NCBI RefSeq assembly: GCF_945957265.1
Contig: NZ_CAMFKO010000017.1
Span: 7,458 to 71,457, forward strand
Length of the DNA: 64,000 nucleotides
Direction: 5' to 3'
DNA from: an uncultured Dechloromonas sp.
GTDB lineage: Bacteria > Pseudomonadota > Gammaproteobacteria > Burkholderiales > Rhodocyclaceae
Program-made: the position numbers and the translations under genes
Shown here: positions 56,887 through 64,000 of the stretch, one piece after another
Position numbering within the stretch: the first letter of the stretch is position 1
How the letters are laid out: every line of letters begins with the position of its first letter
The notes under the pieces: model-generated
Databases searched by the model: none
The model's input: only the letters and a program-made list of their open reading frames with translations
What the model was told of the DNA's origin: nothing

Positions 56887-58967
56887 GTTCTACCTCCGAT
56901 GATCGAGGTCACCTTGATGATTCGGGCTTCAGGCACTTCATTGTGCGAAAGCACCTTGAGTTGAGGAATGGTGCGGCGCAGGAACCTGGACAACAGCAGG
57001 CGCAGGCTTCCTGGAACCAGCAATACGGCGGGCAGGCCCAGGCTTTCCTGGCGCCCGGCGGCGGCGGCGGTCTCGCGGATCAGCGTATCCGCCAGGCCGG
57101 GCTCGAAACTGGTGTTTTCCGAGCCGCCGGCCACCGCCTGGGTGAGCAGGCGCTCGAGCGTCGGGTCCAGCGACATGACCTGCATTTCGCCGGTCCCCGG
57201 GAAAAGCTGCTGGACGATGGCGCGGCCCAGCGCCGTACGCACCTGGACGGTGAGATCGTCCGCGTTCTGGGTCCGCGTCGCGTGATCGGCGACGGTTTCG
57301 ATGATGGTCCGCATGTCGCGGATATGGACGCCTTCCTCGAGCATGCCCTGGAGGACTTTCTGCAGGGTGCCGAGCGGCAGGATCTTGGGCACCAGATCCT
57401 CGACCAGCTTGGGCATTTCCTTGGCCAGGTGGTCGAGCAACTGCTGGACCTCCTGGCGCCCCAGCAACTCGGCGGCGTGCGTCAGGATGAGATGGTTGAG
57501 GTGCGTGGCGACGACCGTCGAGGCATCGACCACGGTATAGCCGTAAGCCTGCGCCTGGTCGCGCTGCGCCGCGTCGATCCAGGTGGCCGGCAGGCCGAAG
57601 GCGGGATCCTTGGTGCTGACGCCGTTCAGGGTTCCGGCAACGCGGCCCGGATTGATCGCCAGGTACTGGCCGGTGTAAGCCTCGCCCTGGCCGATCTCCA
57701 CGCCCTTGAGCAGGATGCGGTAGGTATTCGGCTTGAGTTCCAGGTTGTCGCGGATATGGACGGGCGACACGAGGAAGCCGACTTCCTGGGCGAATTTCTT
57801 GCGGATGCCCCGAATGCGACGCAACAGCTCGCCGTCCTGCGACTTGTCGACCAGCGGGATCAGGCGGTAGCCGACTTCCAGGCCAAGCACATCGAGCGGC
57901 GCCACATCGGCCCAGCTCGCCTCGAGCGCCTCCTGCACCGGCGCCGGGGCGACATGCACGGGGGTTTCGACGATGCGCTTCTCGCGCTGCATCATGGTCC
58001 AGGAGAACCAGCCGAGGATGGAAGCGAGCAACAGGAAGACCAGGTTGGGCATCCCCGGGATGAGCCCCAGGAAGCCGACGATGGCGGCCGTGATGCCGAT
58101 CACCCTGGCGTTGCGGAACATCTGGCCCATGACCTGCTGGCCGATATCGCGGTCATCCGAAACGCGGGTCACCACCATACCGGCGGCAATCGAAATGATC
58201 AGCCCCGGAATCTGCGCCACCAGGCCGTCGCCGATGGTCAGCAGCGTGTAGTTCTTGGCCGCCTGGGCGAGCTCCATGTTGTGCTGCAGGACGCCGACGA
58301 TCAGGCCGCCGACGACGTTGAGCAGCATGATGATGATGCCGGCCACCGCGTCGCCGCGCACGAACTTCGACGCACCGTCCATCGAACCGAAAAACTCGGA
58401 TTCGCGGGAGATGTCGGTCCGCCGCTTGCGTGCCTCTTCCTCGCCGATCAGGCCGGCATTGAGATCGGCGTCGATGGCCATCTGCTTGCCCGGCATCGCA
58501 TCGAGCGTGAAACGCGCGGACACTTCGGCAACCCGACCGGCACCCTTGGTGATCACGACGAAGTTGATGACCACCAGGATCAGGAAGACCATGATGCCGA
58601 CGGCAAAATTGCCGCCGACCAGGAAATGGCCGAAGGCCTCGATCACCTTGCCGGCCGCATCCGGGCCGTTGTGCCCCTCAAGCATCACGATCCGCGTCGA
58701 GGCCACGTTCAGCGACAGGCGCAGCAGGGTCGTCACCAGCAGCACGGTCGGAAAAACCGAGAACTCGAGCGTTTTCTGGGTATTGACGGCGACCAGCAGG
58801 ACGAGCACCGAGATCGCGATGTTGAAGGTGAAGAACACATCCAGCACGAATGCCGGCAGCGGCAACACCATCATCGCCAGGATCATCAGGATCAGGACCG
58901 GCGCGGCCACCTGGGTCAGATTCAGGCGCCCCAGCAGGTTCTGCATGCTCATCGACGAGGCGGCCAT
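56883..58967 (-). CDS. flhA: Flagellar export gate protein FlhA
   Basis: FHFLVGGNFAVGIMVFLILVVINFVVITKGAGRVAEVSARFTLDAMPGKQMAIDADL. Confidence 0.96.
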   Translation of the reverse strand: MAASSMSMQNLLGRLNLTQVAAPVLILMILAMMVLPLPAFVLDVFFTFNIAISVLVLLVAVNTQKTLEFSVFPTVLLVTTLLRLSLNVASTRIVMLEGHNGPDAAGKVIEAFGHFLVGGNFAVGIMVFLILVVINFVVITKGAGRVAEVSARFTLDAMPGKQMAIDADLNAGLIGEEEARKRRTDISRESEFFGSMDGASKFVRGDAVAGIIIMLLNVVGGLIVGVLQHNMELAQAAKNYTLLTIGDGLVAQIPGLIISIAAGMVVTRVSDDRDIGQQVMGQMFRNARVIGITAAIVGFLGLIPGMPNLVFLLLASILGWFSWTMMQREKRIVETPVHVAPAPVQEALEASWADVAPLDVLGLEVGYRLIPLVDKSQDGELLRRIRGIRKKFAQEVGFLVSPVHIRDNLELKPNTYRILLKGVEIGQGEAYTGQYLAINPGRVAGTLNGVSTKDPAFGLPATWIDAAQRDQAQAYGYTVVDASTVVATHLNHLILTHAAELLGRQEVQQLLDHLAKEMPKLVEDLVPKILPLGTLQKVLQGMLEEGVHIRDMRTIIETVADHATRTQNADDLTVQVRTALGRAIVQQLFPGTGEMQVMSLDPTLERLLTQAVAGGSENTSFEPGLADTLIRETAAAAGRQESLGLPAVLLVPGSLRLLLSRFLRRTIPQLKVLSHNEVPEARIIKVTSIIGGRT

Positions 58968-60101
58968 TTAGCTCGCCTCCGGGACAAGTTCGGGCGGCAC
59001 CGGCAGATCGCGCGGCGGCACCGGATAGGTGCCCCCCGCCTGGCGCCAGCTGGCCAACTGGTAGATATAAGCAAGAACCTCCGCGACTGCGTTATACAGG
59101 GCGGAGGGGATTTCGGCGTCGATTTCGGTGTGTTTGTGGAGCGCTCGCGCCAGGGGCGGCGCCTCCAGTATCGGCACCGCGTTCTCGGAAGCCACCTCGC
59201 GTATCTTCAGGGCGACCGCACCGACTCCCTTGGCGACCACCTTGGGCGCCGCCATCCCCGCCTTGTAGGAAAGCGCCACCGCGTAATGCGTCGGGTTGGT
59301 GACCACCACGTTCGCCGTCGGCACGGCGGCCATCATCCGCTTGCGCGCGGCCTGCATCTGAAGGCTGCGGATGCGTCCCTTGACGTGCGGGTCGCCCATC
59401 ATTTCCTTCATTTCCTGCTTGACCTCTTCCTTGGTCATTTTCAGCTTGTCGAAATACTGCCAGAGCTGGAACGGAACGTCGGCGGCGACAACCAGCACCA
59501 GGGTGGCGACCAGAATCAGGAACGAGAACGCGATCATATGGCCGGCATGCGCCAGGCCCGCCTCCAGCGGCTCACCGAGCAGGCCGAACAACTCGTCGCG
59601 CTCCTTCCAGATGAGCAGCGCCGCGACGCCGCCCACCAGCACCGCCTTGAGAACGGCCTTGAGCAGCTCCATCAGGCTGGCCCAGGAAAACATGCGGCCG
59701 AAGCCGCTCAGGGGATTCAGGCGCTTCAGGTCCGGCACCAGCGCCTTGGGCGAAAAGACCCAGGCGTTCAGGAAAAACGGCGGCAGGATGGCAGCGACCA
59801 GCAGCAGGCCCAGCAAGGGGGAAAACACGAAAAGCGCGTCGCCGGAAATGTCGGCCAGCCGGGGCAGCATCAGGTTCGGCTCGCGCATGACCTGCGATTC
59901 GATGACGAAGCCCTTCTGCATGATGGCCATTGCGCGCTGCGCGAACCAGCCGCCCATCATCCAGATGGTTGCCGCGGCGACAGCCAGGACGAGAAAAGTA
60001 CCAAGTTCACGGGAATGGGGGACCTGGCCCTGCTCGCGGGCTTGCTCGATTCGCCTACCAGTAGGCTCTTCGGTTTTCTCGAGGTCGCTATCTTCCGCCA
60101 T
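58968..60101 (-). CDS. flhB: Flagellar export switch protein FlhB
   Basis: It contains VVVTNPTHYAVAL (the NPTH autocleavage site) and has a typical N-terminus, EKTEEPTGRRIEQAREQGQVP. Confidence 0.96.
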   Translation of the reverse strand: MAEDSDLEKTEEPTGRRIEQAREQGQVPHSRELGTFLVLAVAAATIWMMGGWFAQRAMAIMQKGFVIESQVMREPNLMLPRLADISGDALFVFSPLLGLLLVAAILPPFFLNAWVFSPKALVPDLKRLNPLSGFGRMFSWASLMELLKAVLKAVLVGGVAALLIWKERDELFGLLGEPLEAGLAHAGHMIAFSFLILVATLVLVVAADVPFQLWQYFDKLKMTKEEVKQEMKEMMGDPHVKGRIRSLQMQAARKRMMAAVPTANVVVTNPTHYAVALSYKAGMAAPKVVAKGVGAVALKIREVASENAVPILEAPPLARALHKHTEIDAEIPSALYNAVAEVLAYIYQLASWRQAGGTYPVPPRDLPVPPELVPEAS

Positions 60102-60221
60102 AGCCGTATCTAGTTGGTGTTGCGGCTATTATAGGAAAAAACGAGAAAAATTAAATAGGTACACCACTTTTTTTAGATTGTTTCTCAGATGCCAGATGCA
60201 AGCCCATGACATCAGAGTAAA

Positions 60222-60256
60222 CATCCAAAAAGAAAGAGAGGGCCGCAGCCCTCTCT
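60222..60256 (-). terminator. Rho-independent terminator after cheA
   Basis: A 9-bp stem AGAGAGGGC/GCCCTCTCT (60235-60243 and 60248-60256) is followed on the minus strand by TTCTTTTT. Confidence 0.7.
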
Positions 60257-60280
60257 CAACTCGTTGACTTGGAACGGGAA

Positions 60281-62206
60281 TCAGGCGAAGTCGAGCGCCC
60301 TGACTGCCGACCCGATATCGACATGCTGCCCGATATCGGTCAGCAACTCCTTCATGTCCAGGATCAGTACGATCTGGCCGTTGGACAGGGTGGTCACCCC
60401 GGCCACGCCCTTGGGACGGAAATCCTCGAGCGACTTGATCACCGCGTCGTCGCGCCCGGCGAAGCTGTCGACGCCAAGGATGAAGCTGCGCTCCGCCGTC
60501 TGCATGAAGACCCCGTACTCGGGGTAGTGCTCCCGCGGCCAACCCAGCAGGCGGGAGAGCGTAATGACCGGCAGGACTTCGCCGCGCACCACCAGCGTTT
60601 CCTTGCCGCCCACTTCCTGAATGCGGCTCTGCTCGATCGGCAGGATCTCGCGAACCAGCGACAGGGGCAGTGCGAACGGCTGGTCGCCCAGCAGCACCAG
60701 CAATACCGGCAGGATGGCCAGGGTCAGCGGCAGCGAGATCATGAACACCGACCCCTTGCCCGGCTCGGAGCGGATTTCGATCGAACCGTTGAGCTTCTGG
60801 ATGTTGGTCTTGACCACGTCCATGCCCACGCCGCGCCCGGAGACGTCGGAAATCTGGGTCTTGGTCGAGAATCCCGGCAGGAAAATCAGGTTCAGGCTCT
60901 GGCGCTCGTCCAGCGTGTTGGCCTCCTCCTCGGAAATCAGGCCCTTCTCGATGGCCTTGGCACGAATGCGCTCGGCGCTCATGCCCTTGCCGTCGTCGGC
61001 GATGATCAGGACGATGTGGTCGCCCTCCTGACGCGCCTCCAGGCGCACCAGGCTCTTCGGCGGCTTGCCTGCCGCCTGGCGCTCGGCCGGCATTTCGACG
61101 CCATGGTCGACGGCATTGCGGATCAGGTGGATCAGCGGATCGGCCAGATCCTCGATCATGGTCTTGTCGACCTCGGTCTCTTCACCGGCGAGCACCAGTT
61201 CCACGTCCTTGCCCAATTGGCGGGCCAGGTCGCGGGCGATGCGGGGGTATTTCTGGAACAGGCGGCCGATCGGCTGCATCCGGGTCTTCATGACCGAGTT
61301 CTGCAGGTCGGAAACCAGCAGATCGAGCTGGCTGACCGCCTGGTCAAGGGCATGCAGGGTTTCGGAATCGTTCTTGCCGGCCAGGATGTCGGCGCGCAAG
61401 CTGGTCAGCCGGTTCTTGGTCAGGCCGATTTCGCCGGACAGGTTGAGCACCTGGTCGAGACGCGAGGTATCGACGCGGATGGTGTTCTCGCGGACGCGCT
61501 CTTCCGCACGCCGGGCATTGGCCGGCGACGCTCCCGGACGATCCGTCGCCCGGCGCCCGTACGGCGAAGCCGGAGCCTGCTGGCCCGGCTGGGCCGGCAC
61601 GCTGGCAGCCGGCGTCACGGCGATGCCGCCGGCGGCCGCTTCCGCCTTGGTGATCAATTCGCTGACCGGCGCCGCTGCCACCGGCTGGCCGGCGACGGCT
61701 GCATGCAGCAGGCTCCAGTCGGGCTCATCGGCAGCCGGGGATGGCGCCGGAGCGGCTTCCTGCGCTGCCGGTGCCGGGGCCGGGGCTGCCGCCACCGGCG
61801 CGACGACCGGCTGCTCGCCGGACAGCGCGCCCTGCAAGGCGGCAATCACTTCGGCATCGGCCGGTTGCGGCTGCACCATCTGGCCCAGTTCGCCGAACAT
61901 CTCGCGCACGCCCTTGGTCGCCGCCATGATGACGTCCATCAACTCGGGGGTCAGCTCCAGTTCGCCATTGCGCAGACGATCGAAGAGGTTTTCCGTCAAA
62001 TGGCAGAGCGTCACGAGCTCGGTGGCATTGAGGAATCCGGCACCGCCCTTGACGGTATGGAAACCACGGAAAATATCGTTGAGAAGCCCGCGGTCATCCG
62101 GCATCTTTTCGAGATCGACGAGTTTGTTGTCGACATCGGACAACAGGTCGCTCGCCTCCTGCAGGAAATCCTGCAGCAGGTCTTCCATTCCGCTAAAGTC
62201 ACTCAT
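60281..62206 (-). CDS. cheA: Chemotaxis histidine kinase CheA
   Basis: The HPt domain contains FHTVKGGAGFL. The kinase core contains HLIRNAVDHG and GRGVGMDVV. The C-terminus is CheW-like. Confidence 0.95.
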   Translation of the reverse strand: MSDFSGMEDLLQDFLQEASDLLSDVDNKLVDLEKMPDDRGLLNDIFRGFHTVKGGAGFLNATELVTLCHLTENLFDRLRNGELELTPELMDVIMAATKGVREMFGELGQMVQPQPADAEVIAALQGALSGEQPVVAPVAAAPAPAPAAQEAAPAPSPAADEPDWSLLHAAVAGQPVAAAPVSELITKAEAAAGGIAVTPAASVPAQPGQQAPASPYGRRATDRPGASPANARRAEERVRENTIRVDTSRLDQVLNLSGEIGLTKNRLTSLRADILAGKNDSETLHALDQAVSQLDLLVSDLQNSVMKTRMQPIGRLFQKYPRIARDLARQLGKDVELVLAGEETEVDKTMIEDLADPLIHLIRNAVDHGVEMPAERQAAGKPPKSLVRLEARQEGDHIVLIIADDGKGMSAERIRAKAIEKGLISEEEANTLDERQSLNLIFLPGFSTKTQISDVSGRGVGMDVVKTNIQKLNGSIEIRSEPGKGSVFMISLPLTLAILPVLLVLLGDQPFALPLSLVREILPIEQSRIQEVGGKETLVVRGEVLPVITLSRLLGWPREHYPEYGVFMQTAERSFILGVDSFAGRDDAVIKSLEDFRPKGVAGVTTLSNGQIVLILDMKELLTDIGQHVDIGSAVRALDFA

Positions 62207-62217
62207 AGTGCCCCTCC

Positions 62218-63072
62218 TCAGAATCCGAGGCTGTCGAGCAAGTCATCGACCTGCTCCTGGTTGACCACGACATCGCTGCGCCCCTCAGCATTGACGACCG
62301 GCCCGTTCATCAGGCTCGCCACCTCTTCGGTCCGCCGGGTCGCCGGCAGGACATCGATCAGCGCCCCCATCAGCCCTGCCTCAAGCTCCTGAGCCAGAAC
62401 CACGACCTTCTTGATCACCTGCCCGGTCAAATCCTGGAAATCCTGCGCCATCATGATTTCGGTCAATTGGGCATGGGTTCCGCGCGTCTTCGCCGGCAGC
62501 TGATCCTTCAGGTAAGCGCGGGTCTCCTCGGCCAGCTGCTTGAATTCCGCAACGCCGAGCTGGTTGGCAAAGGCCTTGTCCCAGCGCGCGCCAAGTTCCG
62601 TCGCGCCGTTTTCGATCTCGTCGACCAGCGGGCCGGCGATATCGGTGGCGTTGAGGACGCGGCAGGCAGCCTGTTCGGTCAGATTGGCCACGTAGGCCAG
62701 GCGGTCCTTCGCATCCGGCAAGGCGGTTACCGTCTGCTCCAGCAACTTGTCGTAGCCGAGTTCACGCAGCGTGTCGTGCAGCGATCGCGCCATGTGGCCG
62801 AGCCGGTTGAATACGGCCTCCTGCTGCGGCCAGTCTTCGGGAGCGATACCCGACGCAGGCGGTGTGGCAGCCGCTTCGGGAACGGCTGCGGTCGACCTGG
62901 TTTCCGCGGAAACGCTGTCGAACAGCGCCTGCAGGTCGTCGGAGTCGCCGTCGGCCGAGGCTTTCGGCGCCGCCGCTACGGGCGCAGGTGCGGCAGCCGC
63001 AGGCGGCGGAAAATCGGCGGCGATGGAATCGAACAGCGCCTCAAGATCGGCAGAATCGTTATTGGCAGCCAT
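62218..63072 (-). CDS. cheZ: CheY-P phosphatase CheZ
   Basis: The MMAQDFQDLTGQVIKK active-site motif is present, and the C-terminus is DDLLDSLGF. Confidence 0.9.
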   Translation of the reverse strand: MAANNDSADLEALFDSIAADFPPPAAAAPAPVAAAPKASADGDSDDLQALFDSVSAETRSTAAVPEAAATPPASGIAPEDWPQQEAVFNRLGHMARSLHDTLRELGYDKLLEQTVTALPDAKDRLAYVANLTEQAACRVLNATDIAGPLVDEIENGATELGARWDKAFANQLGVAEFKQLAEETRAYLKDQLPAKTRGTHAQLTEIMMAQDFQDLTGQVIKKVVVLAQELEAGLMGALIDVLPATRRTEEVASLMNGPVVNAEGRSDVVVNQEQVDDLLDSLGF

Positions 63073-63081
63073 GATATCCCC

Positions 63082-63477
63082 TTAGGCCTGACCCATCTTT
63101 TCGAAAATCTTGTTCAGCTTTTCGGAAAGAGTACCCGCCGTGAATGGCTTGACGATATAGCCGCTCGCACCGGCCTGGGCCGCCGCGATGATGTTCTCCT
63201 TCTTGGCTTCCGCCGTGATCATCAGCACCGGCAGGTGCTTGAGATTCGGGGTGGCGCGGATGGTTTGCAGCAAGGTCAGCCCATCCATGTTGGGCATGTT
63301 CCAGTCCGTGACGACGAACTCGAAACCGCCGCCCTGCAGCTTCTGCAGGGCAATCGCCCCATCCTCGGCTTCGTCCACGTTGGTGTAGCCGAGCTCCTTG
63401 AGGAGGTTTCGGACAATACGGCGCATCGTGGAAAAATCATCCACCACCAGGAATCTCATTTTGGGATCAGCCATCAA
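63082..63477 (-). CDS. cheY: Chemotaxis response regulator CheY
   Basis: [16 protein letters not shown]...[12 protein letters not shown]...MITAEAKK. Confidence 0.95.
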   Translation of the reverse strand: MMADPKMRFLVVDDFSTMRRIVRNLLKELGYTNVDEAEDGAIALQKLQGGGFEFVVTDWNMPNMDGLTLLQTIRATPNLKHLPVLMITAEAKKENIIAAAQAGASGYIVKPFTAGTLSEKLNKIFEKMGQA

Positions 63478-63498
63478 CTACTCCGGTAATTCTGCTTG

Positions 63499-64000
63499 TT
63501 ATCGTTCAATCAGCGGGCGCAGGGTATCGGCCAAGGCCTCGGCATCGAACTTGGCCACGTACGCATCCACCCCCACCGACTTGCCCATCGCACGATTCGC
63601 CTCCGACGAGAGCGAAGAGTGCATGACGACCGGCACGCCGTCGAAGCGCGGGTCGGACTTGATATTCTTGGTCAGCACATAACCATCCATCTCCGGCATC
63701 TCGGCGTCGACCAGGATCAGCCGGACATCGTCGCGAATGTTCCGCCCCATCTGGGACGCGTGCGCGGCCAGCCCCTGCAGGCGGGTCCATGCCTCCATGC
63801 CGTTCGTGGCGTGCTTGTGACGGACGCCCAGCTTGTCGAGCACCTCGGAAATCTTCCGCCGGGCGACGATCGAGTCATCCACGAAGAACACGCTGGTTTC
63901 GGGGTCGACGCGGGCCGGCGGGATGTCGATGATCATCGCCTCGCCGAACGCGTTGGCGAGAATTTGCTCGACGTCGAGAATCGAAACCAGGCCGCCGCCT
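63499..64000 (-). CDS. cheV: CheV (CheW-receiver fusion), N-terminal part beyond the window
   Basis: A receiver domain is visible (FFVDDS...LVDAEMPEMDG). The frame stays open upstream of the track's Met (…GGGLVSILDVEQILANAFGEA), which is the end of a CheW-like domain. Confidence 0.75.
   Translation of the reverse strand, partial: GGGLVSILDVEQILANAFGEAMIIDIPPARVDPETSVFFVDDSIVARRKISEVLDKLGVRHKHATNGMEAWTRLQGLAAHASQMGRNIRDDVRLILVDAEMPEMDGYVLTKNIKSDPRFDGVPVVMHSSLSSEANRAMGKSVGVDAYVAKFDAEALADTLRPLIER

Noticed and set aside
56943-60113. 1056-aa ORF on the plus strand across flhA and flhB
   Set aside because: It is antisense to highly conserved flhA and flhB, with no motifs. It is a shadow ORF.

Overview
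This is a high-GC window, probably from a betaproteobacterium (a Rhodocyclales-type gene order, judged by eye and not verifiable here). It is almost entirely a polar-flagellum and chemotaxis regulon. Three parts stand out. (1) Positions 1-5773 are visibly lower in GC and carry phage/ICE-type genes: an XRE regulator, an RDF-like protein, a YqaJ exonuclease, a DUF932 protein and several small membrane or zinc-ribbon proteins. This block abuts the 3' end of an atypical tRNA-Thr(UGU). No integrase or att repeat is visible in the window. (2) Positions 5887-26113 hold a GGDEF diguanylate cyclase followed by a 12.5-kb same-strand, translationally coupled gene run. The run encodes FliB lysine methylase, a cytidylyltransferase-PEP mutase fusion, phosphonopyruvate decarboxylase, an AEP-type aminotransferase, a TagD-like cytidylyltransferase, a SAM methyltransferase, a TagF-like phosphotransferase with a TPR tail, and a 1754-aa methyltransferase/multi-glycosyltransferase protein. 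It ends directly upstream of a sigma-28-driven, unusually short (231 aa) flagellin, followed by flaG-fliD-fliS-fliT, a second FliK-like/FlhB-C-like pair and a YcgR-type PilZ protein. I read this run as a flagellin-modification island that builds a 2-aminoethylphosphonate (phosphonate) decoration, and it is the main candidate for something undescribed. (3) Positions 26110-64000 hold the core apparatus: fliE, fleSR, fliFGHIJKLMNOPQR, flgLKJIHGFEDCB, flgAMN, motAB, fliA, flhGFAB, cheAZY and a partial cheV. Clear sigma-54 and sigma-28 promoter motifs are readable in the intergenic gaps. The many long ORFs antisense to these genes are high-GC shadow ORFs and were rejected.
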